From: Macrostomum lignano
Lineage: Eukaryota
Direction of reading: 5' to 3'
Assembly: GCA_002269645.1 (NCBI GenBank)
Contig: NIVC01003602.1
Coordinates: forward strand, 24,598-88,597
DNA length: 64,000 nucleotides
Positions 32,026 through 45,042 of this stretch are shown here, one piece after another. The translations under genes were made by a program, and so were the position numbers. The first letter of the stretch is position 1. Every line of letters begins with the position of its first letter. Below the pieces are notes generated by a model that saw only the letters and a program-made list of their open reading frames with translations, had not been told where the DNA came from and searched no databases.

Positions 32026-32795
32026 ACCAGTTCATTGATAGATTGATAACCTCACCAGTTCATTGATAGATTGATAACCTCACCAGTTCATTGATAGATT
32101 GATAACCTCACCAGTTCATTGATAGATTGATAACCTCACCAGTTCATTGATAGATTGATAACCTCACCAGTTCATTGATAAATTGATAACCTCACCAGTT
32201 CATTGATAGATTGATAACCTCACCAGTTCATTGATAGATTGATAACCTCACCAGTTCATTGATAGATTGATAACCTAACCGGTTCATTAATAGGTTGATA
32301 ACCTAATCAGTTCATTGATAGATTGATAACCTCACCAGTTCATTGATAGATTGATAACCTCACCAGTTCATTGATAGATTTATAACCTCACCAGTTCATT
32401 GATAGATTGATAACCTAACCGGTTCATTAATAGGTTGATAACCTAAACAGTTCATTGATAGATTGATAACCTAAACAGTTCATTGATAGATTGATAACCT
32501 AAACAGTTCATTGATAGATTTATAACCTAAACAGTTCATTGATAGATTGATAACCTAACCGGTTCATTAATAGGTTGATAACCTAAACAGTTCATTGATA
32601 GATTGATAACCTAAACAGTTCATTGATAGATTGATAACCTAAACAGTTCATTGATAGATTTATAACCTAAACAGTTCATTGATAGATTGATAACCTAAAC
32701 AGTTCATTGATAGATTGATAACCTCACCAGTTCATTGATAGATTTATAACCTCACCAGTTCATTGATAGATTGATAACCTCATCAGTTCATTGAT
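32026..32795. repeat. 28-bp minisatellite (CCAGTTCATTGATAGATTGATAACCTCA)
   Basis: About 27 copies. Confidence 0.96.
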
Positions 32796-33184
32796 TAACT
32801 GGCACAAGTGTTCGCTGCCAAGCTAAAAAACAGGTAAAAACGAGACTAAAAACGATTTCACAGCAAAATTTCGAATTATATTCGAAGATAACAATAAAAA
32901 AACATTAAACACATAATTTTGTATAATAATAAGGATACACAGTTTTAAATAATAGGAACGAGTTTCGAGAAATATTCATATTTAATTTAGCCATAAAATT
33001 CTGCAAAACAAATGAAGTTAAGATACAAGACCATGGCATGGCACATAGCAAAAATGGAACAACAATAATGTAAGTTACAATAATAAATGTATATATAATT
33101 CAAAAACATGATAAATACAGAAAATGGCGCTTAGTACAAAGTGACATTCTGGGTGTTACTTTTGTTACTGAAGAAAGTGCATTA

Positions 33185-33447
33185 TCTACCGCCACTGCCA
33201 GCTCACACCTGAGCCCTCTGTGGCGCCACTGCCAGCCCACACCTGTGCTTTCCTGTGGCGCCACTGCCAGCCCACACCTGAGCCCTCTGTGGCGCCACTG
33301 CCAGCGCACACCTGAGCTTTCCTGTGGCGCCACTGCCAGCTCACACCTGAGCCCTCTGTGGCGCCACTGCCAGCCCACACCTGTGCCCTCTGTGGCGCCA
33401 CTGCCAGCCCACACCTGAGCCCTCTGTGGCGCCACTGCCAGCCCACC
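33185..33447. repeat. 34-bp minisatellite with GTGGCGCCAC palindrome
   Basis: About 7-8 copies. Confidence 0.93.
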
Positions 33448-33988
33448 TGCCTCTAAGCTAAAATCTGAGAGCATTAGCTTGCAGATAAGATCAAATCTAA
33501 TTAACGCACAGCCGCGCACCTGATACAAGCCATCTGTCCCAGGCTCCAACTGGGAATTATGGTACCACCCCCAACACTCCTAACCCTTCACACTTTTTAT
33601 TACTTAAGCCAGACGGAACCAGCAGCACAGATTTAATTTCACACACAACCGCTGCGTCCCACAAGGAAACCGCGGAAATCAAAAACCTGGAGATTTAAAC
33701 TATTCCGGAAACCCCTATTTTTGAGACAGGAGCAGGCCTAGTGGCTGATATGGTGTGGCTGTTTCATAATACCTAAACATCGCTTAAAAGCTTCAAACAT
33801 CCAGTTTCATAACACCCAGGTAAGATGCAAAGAAGAGATTTGGTCAATTGCAAAGAAAGCATTGCAGACGGGGCACATTGAACTGTTTATTGCTGGTTCA
33901 GTCTTACAATGCTTTTACAACTGAAGAAGCAAAGGACGCCAGTTCGCGTTTGACCCCTGCTTCGACTGTTTTTCCTCATACGCTCATA

Positions 33989-34196
33989 TCACAAGAACGG
34001 ATTGTGATTCGACAGCTGCGGAGGTGCCGGCTGCGGCGACGCAATGAACGGATTGTTGGAAGCTGAAATTGTTGCGCAAAATCAAAGCACGCTATATATA
34101 CTACTGGCGATTTGATAGTAGTCTGTTAATATTAGTAGGATATATATACATGTACGCAAAAATATTTGGATTGATTAGTTAGTTAGTTAGTCAGTC

Positions 34197-34234
<38 letters not shown>

Positions 34235-34235
34235 C

Positions 34236-34270
<35 letters not shown>

Positions 34271-34271
34271 C

Positions 34272-34318
<47 letters not shown>

Positions 34319-34481
34319 CTAGTTAGTTAGTTAGTAAGTTAGTTAGTTAGTTAGTTAGCTAGTTAGTTAGTTAGTTAGTTAGTTAGCTAGTTAGTTAGTT
34401 AGTTAGTTTGTTAGTTAGTTAGTTAGTTAGCTAGTTAGTTAGTTAGTTAGTTAGCTAGTTAGTTAGTTAGTTAGTTAGTTT

Positions 34482-34562
<81 letters not shown>

Positions 34563-34729
34563 CTAGTTAGTTAGTTTGTTAGTTAGTTAGTTAGTTAGTT
34601 AGCTAGTTAGTTAGTTAGTTAGCTAGTTAGTTAGTTAGTTAGTTTGTTTGTTAGTTAGTTAGCTAGTTAGCTAGTTAGCTAGTTAGTTAGTTAGTTAGTT
34701 AGCTAGTTAGTTAGTTAGTTAGTTAGTTT

Positions 34730-34766
<37 letters not shown>

Positions 34767-34787
34767 CTAGTTAGCTAGTTAGTTAGC

Positions 34788-34834
<47 letters not shown>

Positions 34835-34979
34835 CTAGTTAGCTAGTTAGTTAGTTAGATAGTTAGTTAGCTAGTTAGTTAGTTAGTTAGTTAGATAGTT
34901 AGTTAGTTAGTTAGTTAGCTAGCTAGTTAGCTAGTTAGCTAGTTAGTTATTTAGTTAGTTAGTTAGCTAGTTAGTTAGC

Positions 34980-35010
<31 letters not shown>

Positions 35011-35087
35011 CTAGTTAGCTAGTTAGTTAGTTAGTTAGTTAGCTAGTTAGTTATTTAGTTAGTTAGTTAGTTTGTTAGTTAGTTAGC

Positions 35088-35134
<47 letters not shown>

Positions 35135-35135
35135 C

Positions 35136-35198
<63 letters not shown>

Positions 35199-35293
35199 CT
35201 AGTTAGTTAGTTAGTTAGTTTGTTAGTTAGTTAGTTAGTTAGCTAGTTAGTTAGTTAGTTAGTTAGCTAGTTAGTTAGTTAGTTAGTTTGTTT

Positions 35294-35378
<85 letters not shown>

Positions 35379-35549
35379 CTAGTTAGTTAGTTAGTTTGTT
35401 TGTTAGTTAGTTAGTTAGTTAGCTAGTTAGTTAGTTAGTTAGCTAGTTAGTTAGTTAGTTAGTTTGTTTGTTAGTTAGTTAGCTAGTTAGCTAGTTAGCT
35501 AGTTAGTTAGTTAGTTAGTTAGCTAGTTAGTTAGTTAGTTAGTTAGTTT

Positions 35550-35590
<41 letters not shown>

Positions 35591-35611
35591 CTAGTTAGCT
35601 AGTTAGTTAGC

Positions 35612-35658
<47 letters not shown>

Positions 35659-35803
35659 CTAGTTAGCTAGTTAGTTAGTTAGATAGTTAGTTAGCTAGTT
35701 AGTTAGTTAGTTAGTTAGATAGTTAGTTAGTTAGTTAGTTAGCTAGCTAGTTAGCTAGTTAGCTAGTTAGTTATTTAGTTAGTTAGTTAGCTAGTTAGTT
35801 AGC

Positions 35804-35834
<31 letters not shown>

Positions 35835-36803
35835 CTAGTTAGCTAGTTAGTTAGTTAGTTAGTTAGCTAGTTAGTTAGTTAGTTAGTTAGTTAGTTTGTT
35901 AGTTAGTTAGCTAGTTAGTTAGTTAGATAGTTAGTTAGCTAGTTAGTTAGTTAGTTAGTTAGTTAGATAGTTAGTTAGCTAGTTAGATAGCTAGCTAGCA
36001 GTCATGCCGATTCCACTGACTCTGGCCTGAGCACGCACAGAAGGTTGGCCGCTTTCTCATCGTCGTCAGCATGTACACTCTGTAGGGGGCTTGGCCCTCA
36101 TAGGCTGAGATGGCACGACAAGCTACCAGGCCCATGCTCAGTAAGAGTCGCAAATGAATGAGCCCGCTCGCGGAATCGAACCAGGGGACCAAAGCTCCAG
36201 AGCTCCAATGCTTGAAATTCGTGCAGGTGAAAAACGATGGGCCGGGGGAGGGGGGCTTGGCGAAATGTTTGACAGCGGCGGCGGGGCTCGAGGGGAAATG
36301 ATGAACTGGGATGGAGGGATGATAGAATGAAAAAACAGCGCGGGACCGAATCGAGCCCTTGTTGGATTGGGGGAGCAAAATCCTGACAGGCTCGACCCGT
36401 GTGGCCAAGGGAAAAGTAGATAGGGACTGGGGACGCGCGCGGGATATTTCCCTCTGCCTCCTCCCCGCCGCCCAAGACTCGCACAGCGAGTTGAGCCGGT
36501 CTGGTCATTGATCAAATTGATCCCCCCGGGATAGCGGTCGAGGGAGAAGAGTCGGGGGATCGATGCTGGCTAACTTTTTTAGTCCGAATCTGGTTTGGTA
36601 GGCTCGCGGCATCAGAGCAGAATTTCTCAGTCAGCCAGTTTGACCATTAAAAAGTCTGGACCGCTGTACAACGATCCTGTATCCGTGCGGTTCCGTGTGG
36701 TCTGCGCGCTCAGGCGTCAGCGGAATGAGCCTGACTGCTTGCCTCCTAGCTGACTGCTGGTGTACTGACGCCTTGATTGCGTCAGTGCTCACAGCACCAA
36801 AAG

Positions 36804-36852
<49 letters not shown>

Positions 36853-36987
36853 TAACTAACTAACTAACTAACTTAACTAACTAACTAACTAACTAACTGA
36901 CTGACTAACTAACTAACTAATTAACTAACTAACTAACTAACTGACTAACTAACTGACTGACTAACTAACTAACTAACTGACTAACTG

Positions 36988-37058
<71 letters not shown>

Positions 37059-37182
37059 GACTGACTGACTAATTAACTAACTGACTGACTAACTAACTAA
37101 CTGACTAACTGACTAACTAACTGACTGACTGACTGACTAACTGACTAACTAACTAACTTATTTAACTAACAAACTAACTAAT

Positions 37183-37241
<59 letters not shown>

Positions 37242-40200
37242 CTAACTAACTAACTATCTAACTAACTAACTATCTAACTAACTAACTATCTAACTAAAAC
37301 AGAAATGATTATAAATACTTCAGAGACTCAAGCACTAATCTGAGTTGCAAGCAACCAGCAAATCTCACCAATTAAACTAGTTGAAGGCGCATTAACAGCA
37401 AGTCCTGTCGATGCTGCACTGTGTGGTTCACTGGTTACCAATGGAGGCAGGGCAACTGTGGTAGCCCAAGGGTCGCCGAATCCCAGGCCCGCTGAGAAAT
37501 ATAAACAGATAATGTTTCGTATGACAAGTGCATTCTACATATCGGAAACAAAAAAGGCCGTTCACCTATGAAAAATCGACCAACCTTAAACATACTACTT
37601 ACATGTCCCAATTTGCGCACCGAACGGACTCGAGTCCCACGGCTCGAATGAGTCTGCAATTTGAAGACAGAATGGACTAGTGGACAATTCAAATCGTTTA
37701 AGGCATTAAATTATATAAATTATCATAAGGCGATTAAAGCATAATCAATGTCCGCGGCTTTGATAAAAAAATTGGCTCTCTAGACTTTAAGAATACTGGC
37801 GCCACTTTGATGGCACTAGCGCAACTTTGATGACACTGGAGCCACTTTGATGCACTAGCGCCCCTTTTAAGACACTAGCGCCACTTTCGAAGACACTAGT
37901 GCCATTTTTGAAAACACTAGCGCCAATTTTAAGACACTAGCGCCATTTTTGAAGACACTAGCGCCATTTTTAAAGACATTAGCGCCATTTTTGAAGACAC
38001 TAGCGCCATTTTTAAGACATTAGCGCCATTTTTGAAGACATTAGCACCATTTTTGTAAACACTAGCGCCATTTTTTAAGACATTAGCACCATTTTTAAAG
38101 ACACTAGCGCCATTTTTGAAGACACTAGCGCCATTTTTTTAGACATTAGCGCCATTTTTGAAGACACTAGCGCCATTTTTGAAGACACTAGCGCCATTTT
38201 TAAGACATTAGCGCCATTTTTAAAGACATTAGCGCCATTTTTGAAGACACTAGCGCCATTTTTGAAGACACTAGCGCCATTTTTCAGACATTAGCGCCAT
38301 TTTTCAAGACATTAGCGCCATTTTTAAAGACATTAGCGCCATTTTTGAAGACATTAGCACCATTTTTGAAGACACTAGCGCCATTTTTGAAGACACTAGC
38401 GCCATTTTTAAAGACATTAGCACAATTTTTAAGAAACTAGCGCCATTTTTGAAGACACTAGCGCCAGTTTTGAAGACACTAGCGCCATTTTTTGAAGACA
38501 CTATCGCCATTTCTAAGAAACTAGCGCCATTTTTAAAGACACTAGCGCCATTTTTGAAGACATTAGCGCCATTTTTGAAAACACTAGCCACTGAAAATGC
38601 CTAGCAACTCACCAGCGCACAAATCTGGAGGCTCTGGTGGCAATTCAGCGGTGTCGCAGTCAGGTCTGGAAGTGGCACCAACATTAGAGGCTGAGCCGAT
38701 GCCCTCGAAGGCTGATGCTGACCAAGGATCTGGCGCGTTGGCTGGCGCGGCCGAGAGCGACACGTCGATTTGGCTCAGGTAGTCCACCTGGTTAATTGAC
38801 ATTTTAATAAGCGAGACATGCTACTTATTAGTAATATTAATTTAACGAAGTTTTTAGTAAATAACACAAAAAACATGTTTACACACATTGAAATGTGTTA
38901 GAAAAGTCTACAAGTAACTTAAACGCGCCCTAGACGCTAAAAGTTGCGCTTCATTAGCCCTACAATAAGCGAGCAAAACTAGTGAGAAAAAATGGCAACC
39001 ATATAATAAAACCATAAGCTTACATCTTGCTGCTGCTGTTTTGTGTTGGAATTTTCGCCTCTTTCGCGTCTCTGAAATAATTTACCAAAGAAATTTATTC
39101 TATATTAAGCCAAATTAAAGTCACTCTGATTAAACAAATTCACACAGGCGACAATTAATTGAAAACAGCAAATCATGAACAAAATATTGACAATATGAAT
39201 TATAACACCCTGAAATAGACAAGACATGCGTACAAGTGATACAGAAATTCAGATTATTATATCCAATACAAAATTTGTTGTACAGAATAACATCTACAAC
39301 TTGCATGCAAGTGGCAGGAGTCTTATCAATAAATTATCCAGTGCAAATTTTCAGTGCAGCAACCAACAGTGAAAAATGCTTTATGCAGGATGACAATTGC
39401 GAAATCCGGAAACAGTCTTCAATACTGCTGGAGTAAGTTAGGAGATAGCAAGTGGTGTGGAGAGGCAGGGAGTGAGGTGGCTGAGGGGATGGGTGGGGAG
39501 GGGCAGGGAGTGAGGTGGCTGCGGGGATGGGTGTGGAGGGGTAGGAGTGAGGTGGCTGAGGGGATGGGCGGGGAGGGGCAGGGAGTGAGGTGGCTGCGGG
39601 GATGGGTCTAGAGGAGTAGGAGTGAGGTGGCTGCGGGGATGGGTATGGAGGGGCAGGGAGTGAGGTGGCTGCGGGGATGGGTATGGAGGGGCAGGGAGTG
39701 AGGTGGCTGCGGGGATGGGTGTGGAGGGGTAGGAGTGAGGTGGCTGCGGGGATGGGTGTGGAGGGGTAGGAGTGAGGTGGCTGCGGGGATGGGTGGGGAG
39801 GGGCAGGAGTGAGGTGGCTGCAAGGATGGGTGGGGAGGGGCAGGGAGTAAGGTGGCTGCGGGGATGGGTGGGGAGGGGCAGGAGTGAGGTGGCTGCAGGG
39901 ATGGGTGGGGAGGGGCAGGGAGTGAGGTGGCTGCGGGAATGGGTATGGAGGGGCAGGGAGTGAGGTGGCTGCGGGAATGGGTGGGGAGGGGCATGGAGTG
40001 AGGTGGCTGCAAGGATGGGTGGGGAGGGGCAGGGAGTAAGGTGGCTGCGGGGAAGTGGTGTGGAGAGGCAGGTAGTGAGGTGGCTGTGGGGAAGTGGTAT
40101 GGAGAGGCAGGGAGTGAGGTGGCTTCAGGGTTAGGTGGATCTGTAGCGTACAGTGAATAAAATCCAGTGAAACGGACAAAACTGACACGATACAGACAAT

Positions 40201-41983
40201 AAAATCTTCAATAAAACCTAATTGAAGATGCAAAGCGGTTACTGTATTTCGAATATTTTAAAATCTGAAACTTTTTAAATTGTCTACAGATGTTAAAATT
40301 TGAAAAATGTCAGAACAAAGCAGAGTGTTTAGTGCACTATACACAAGGCAGAGGACTTACTACTCCTGTAGAATTGAGCGGCGGCGGCATGCGAAGTGGC
40401 GCTAAAGTCTAGAAGAATTAAATTCAAATTTTACTGTGCAAAAATATTCTATCGCGCAAATATTAAATAATAGTACTATCAGTAGAGAGGCCATAAAACA
40501 ATAAAACCATTGGAATACAAAAACTGTAAAAAATATAATCATAGACAATAGACAAGTTACAATAACTTCGCACCTGTTCTTCCAGTCTGCTTGCCTCAAG
40601 TACGCTCTGTAGTCGAAGCTCCTCGCGTTGCTGCTCTTCCTGGCGTAAATTGTACTCTTCGCGCGATACTTGCAAAGCTATTTCTAATTCTAAGTCGGCA
40701 TCGATTGCGTCATCTGGAGCGGCAGGCAGAGGCTGCTTTGATTCCGCCTGCGGTGGCTGCTGCGACTGTCGCGGCGGTGAGTACGGAATATCTCGACTGT
40801 CGCCTCGCATTCTATTTTTAGCTTTGATAGCGCTGGCCCGTTCGGATTTTAATCGGTCAGGATCTTCTAAGAGGGCTATTAGCTTTGTAGCTTTGTCGCG
40901 AATGCTCTGAGCCGGATCTCTAGAAAGGACGGACGAATGAAGAATCAAGTTGAGTAGGTGGTTTGGCTGATGTAAAATTGACGTCTTATGGCTAGGCCGG
41001 TGTAGGATAGAGGGTTGCGGACTGGGGCAAGGGAAGGAGTGAGGTGGCTGCAGGATTGAGGGGTTGCAGACTGGGGCAGGGAAGGAGTGAGGTGGCTGTA
41101 GGATTGAGGGGTTGCAGACTGGGGCAGGGAAGGAGTGAGGTGGCTGCAGGAGGGGTTGCGGACTGGGGCAAGGGAAGGAGTGAGGCGGCTGCAGGATTGA
41201 GGGGTTGCAGACTGGGGCAGGGAAGGAGTGAGGTGGCTGCAGGATTGAGGGGTTGCAGACTGGTGCAGGGAAGGAGTGAGGTGGCTGCAGGATTGAGGGG
41301 TTGCAGACTGGTGCAGGGAAGGAGTGAGGTGGCTGCAGGATTGAGGGCTTGTGGACTGGGGCAAGGGAAGGAGTGAGGTGGCTGCAGGATTGAGGGGTTG
41401 CAGACTGGGGCAGGGAAGGAGTGAGGTGGCTGCAGGAGGGGTTGAGGACTGGGGTAAGGGAGTGAGGTGGCTGCAGAATTGAGGGGTTGCGGACTGTGGC
41501 AGGGAAGTTGTGAGGTGTCTACAGGATTGAGGGGTTGCGGCCTGGGGCAGGGAATGGGGTGGCTGCAAGATTGAACCCAATGCAAGAAAATGTATTACAT
41601 GGCGAATAGAGAAGAATTTGCATTAAATATTATTATAATTACCTCTCTTCAGAAGGGTACTCAAAGCTTGTCAGCAGCCGAAGTGTAGAAACATTTTCTC
41701 GGCACTGCCAGGCAACCTTCTCGCTGCCAGTCTTCACTAGATACTCCATCAGTACAAGGCCTTTGCAGACATGACGCCAATGCTTGGCTTTGTCTGCTAG
41801 GCGCTTCCACAGCATGGACATGATCTCAGAAAATGCTTGACTATTATAAGTCATATCTGATATTTCTGACATGAGAGCACCAGAGGGACCCCAAGGGTCA
41901 TTTGAGGTGGCTTTGCGCACCTTCACCTGGGCATCAGAGTAGTTATGCACAACATTCTTTAGGTTGCGTCGCAGGGTAGTCAT
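33989..41983 (-). CDS. EPN: Epsin (ENTH domain, UIM, DPW motifs, terminal NPF motifs), ~401 aa, 8 exons
   Basis: ENTH: MTTLRRNLKNVVHNYSDAQVKVRKATSNDPWGP...WKRL...WRHVCKGLVLMEYLVKTGSE. UIM: DADLELEIALQVSREE. DPW/EPW motifs; C-terminal NNPFI...HNPFL*. Exons 41983-41643, 40919-40574, 40408-40361, 39071-39024, 38787-38613, 37653-37603, 37491-37369, 34062-33989 are phase-compatible and sum to 1206 nt. Confidence 0.9.
34170..35998. repeat. (GTTA)n microsatellite, ~1.8 kb, with GCTA/GTTT/GATA variants
   Basis: Directly visible, in the last epsin intron. Confidence 0.98.
35998..36220 (-). mobile_element. tRNA-derived SINE-like element whose 3' end runs into the (TAAC)n tract
   Basis: B-box GGTTCGATTCC on the minus strand (36172-36182), ~170-bp body, then the microsatellite tail. 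Confidence 0.6.
36804..37297. repeat. (TAAC)n microsatellite, inverted relative to 34170-35998
   Basis: Directly visible. Confidence 0.97.
37790..38590. repeat. 21-bp minisatellite (GACACTAGCGCCATTTTTGAA) in an epsin intron
   Basis: About 37 copies. Confidence 0.96.
39450..40135. repeat. ~38-bp G-rich minisatellite (GGGAGTGAGGTGGCTGCGGGGATGGGTGGGGAGGGGCA)
   Basis: About 18 copies in an epsin intron. Confidence 0.94.
41000..41575. repeat. 48-bp G-rich minisatellite sharing the core GGAGTGAGGTGGCTGC
   Basis: About 12 copies in epsin intron 1. Confidence 0.94.
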
Positions 41984-42440
41984 AGCATTTATTTTACTAT
42001 GTCCACTAATCACTTATACTAAAAATGTGAAGACATCAATGAAGTTAGTATGAAATATATTGATTCACTTTGGTTTCATTATCTTCATAAAAGTTTAAAT
42101 ATTAGAGATTTTTTATGCAGGACTTTAATATCTTTCAAAAAAGTACTGCTTAAAACATTGCTACTATTGAAATTAAAGGATATTTCTATGAATAGAGGAT
42201 ATCTAACAAGTTTATAGATATTATATTTATTTAACATGTAGGTATATCTAGAGAGCAAATAAAAACTATTATATAAAGTACAAAATATAAAATAAATTTA
42301 AAACAAAGCTATATAAAATTTGATAATACAAGTGTTCAAAAAATTGACTATGTTTTATTCTAATAATGCTGGTAGAGTCGCTCGCTTGGCGAGAAGAATA
42401 CATAGAAAGCTTAATATCAACATTTGAATATGATTGCAAT

Positions 42441-42498
42441 TTCTAACAACTTCAACGCGTTTCGCACGCCATGGTGCATCATCAGGATTTTATTAGAA
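42441..42498 (-). ncRNA. Type I minimal hammerhead ribozyme with intact core
   Basis: Minus strand: TTCTAATAAAATC-CTGATGA-T-GCAC catggc GTGC-GAAAC-GC-GTT-GAAGTTGTTAGAA. Stem I 11 of 13 positions paired, stem II 4 bp, palindromic ACGCGT stem III, cleavage triplet GUU. Confidence 0.8.
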
Positions 42499-42988
42499 CG
42501 ATTTGAGAAATTGAGATTGAAAGCGATTGATTAAATATTGGTTTTTGCAACGTACACAGGTAAGGAGGGTAAGATTGAAAACAATTGATTACAACTTGGC
42601 TTTAACAACATACATAGGTAAAGTAGGTAGGAGAGAGAATTATAGATTGAGATTGAAAGTTAAACCAAATGTACACAATTCTTGTCCAGTGGTCAAAAGG
42701 CAGAATCAGGGGCGGTAGCTAGCTTAAGTAATTGAACATCAAGCTAAGTGTACACAGCGTGCACAACTGTGTCACTCACTGTTCAGAAAACGCGGAGAAC
42801 GTGACCTGTACCACTATGTTGTAATTGGGTGTTGAGATTCGGGGTCTGAGCTTTCGGGGTCTGAATAACCTATGTATGTTGTTAAAGCCAAGTTGTAATC
42901 AATTGTTTTCAATCTTACCTTCCTTACCTGTGTACATTGCAAAAACCAATATTTAATCAATCACTTTCAATCTCAATTTCTCAAATCG

Positions 42989-43046
42989 TTCTAATAAAAT
43001 CCTGACAATGCACCATGGCGTGGGAAACGCGTTGAAGTTGTTAGAA
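42989..43046 (+). ncRNA. Second hammerhead copy with core mutations (probably inactive)
   Basis: Same frame of sequence but CTGACAA replaces CTGATGA and GTGG replaces GTGC at the base of stem II. Confidence 0.65.
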
Positions 43047-45042
43047 ATTGCAATCATATTCAAATGTTGATATTAAGCTTTCTATTTATTCTAATAATAA
43101 CTTTGTCATTAAAATATTCTAGATTTAAAAAAATATTAGTTGGCTATACTATTGTTAATAAAGAATAATATTGAACCATTATTTAAACAGTTTATTTATA
43201 GCCCTCTAAACTCATCCCTAGTTAGGTCTAATGATTGATAGTACATTATTTTCTTAGCCTTATTTCTAATTTAAATAACTTATCTAAACTAACCAAAATA
43301 TAAAGTAAAAAGGACATTGCATTGCTAAGTAAGAAAATATAAACCTAACAAATTAAATTATTTTTTAGATAAGTAAAAGTACTAATACAATTAGTACTAG
43401 CTTAGGTGAGAGGCAAAAGAGGCTATAGCCCCTAAATGACTATTGTTCAAAGCTTTCCAAGGGATGACTATTATATCTTCTAGTATTAGCATTTTTGTGA
43501 AATTTTAGCATAATGTTGTTCTAATTCTAAAAATTTTCTAGGGGGTGACCACCTAATAAATATCCCCCTTCCTAATTAAAGGTACTGCATTATCATTAAA
43601 TATATAAATTCCCATTTAAAAATACTGATCAAATAATTAAGTTTAATTAGATACCTAAGTATGCCAATGCTTTAGTGTCTATAGCAAAATAAAAGAGAAC
43701 TATTTAATACAACTTGACCCTTGCTTATAATAGGATTTAGAATATTTAGGGCTCAAGTAATGTAGGTGTAGGCGTGTAGCTTGCTTGGAAAATAGTAAAT
43801 AAATAAAAGTAATAATAATTAACATAAAGAAAAGAACTATATTAAGGTTTCCATTGCCTATCTATTTTGTCCACAATTTTTATAATAGATAAAATGCATT
43901 AGCATTTGGCATGGTTGGGTATCTAATCAAATTCAATTAAATATTAAACTCAAATTGGTATTAAAACTTAATTATTTTAAATATTCAGGGTAATTAAAAA
44001 TAGGCATAACAGCATTAGCAAAACACTATAAACAATACATAGACATATGATACTCTATAGTCTATAGAATACTATACTTATACTATTCATACACATTATT
44101 TTAAAAAATTGAATAGCTTTATAGAATTTAATCTATCAGTATTGCCTATATTTTTCCAAGATAACACCAATAAGAATAATAAATATATTTACTTGCAATT
44201 GCATATTTCATTATACTTGCCTATGATATCTGACACCCCATGGGGCAGTAAAACTCCCTAGTAAAATTTACCCTCCATCTGTCAGCCAAAAAGGCTACAC
44301 AGTCCCCTAAACCCCTCCCTACCAGTCCCTAAAATACATGGACTGAATACATGAACACCTCTGGATACACAATCACCCCAGGTAAGACTTTGGCACCCCC
44401 AAAATGAAAACCTGGATATAACGGTGATGTTTTCAGGAAACACCTAGATATTCTAAGCTAATACAATTAATACATATGCCTATGGCTCTCCTTGTACTTT
44501 TTAAGCCTCCGCCAGTATTATAAGCGTATAAAAGTTCAAAGTAATAGGCAATAGCATATAGTTAGGTTATAGTAAAAATAGTTAAATTACTACTATTTTA
44601 CTATTTTAGTACTATTTTACTACCAAAATAGTAAAAAAAAGTTTTGGTTGGGATAAATGCAACTGTGAAAAAAAACAATTGAATAAAAATTCTGATGACA
44701 AAAAAATAAGAATGTTCGATCAGTTAAACTTCTGAAAATTTTAGTCACGCGGGACTCAGCTGAGTAAAGCGAATGCATTACTGCGTGAATGAAATATGAA
44801 CTATATTTAGCATTAAAACAGCCTTTTCCTTCAAGCTTCGCTTAGCTTTGTCGATAGTTTTTATTTTTCTTTAATTTTATGAGAATGAAATTGTTATATC
44901 GTTTGATTTCTAACCAACCAACGACGACTCTAAAAGTTTTGATTTGCAATAGTTTGAATAATTTTTTAACTGTAACTTATTCAAACAATTGAAACTTGTT
45001 CATCATAAGTCTTGATACAATCTTCCATCCCGTCTAGCGAGA

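Larger units (their letters stand above)
42395..43092. mobile_element. ~225-bp inverted repeat pair (42395-42619 / 42868-43092), probable Penelope-like element pseudo-LTR remnant
   Basis: Arms are near-perfect reverse complements around a ~250-bp spacer, and each contains a hammerhead motif. The PLE assignment rests on the ribozyme type; no RT or GIY-YIG ORF was seen. Confidence 0.7.

Noticed and set aside
34170-35998. Interstitial telomere
   Set aside because: Unit is GTTA/TTAG, not TTAGGG or TTAGG, and it is linked to a SINE-like tail.
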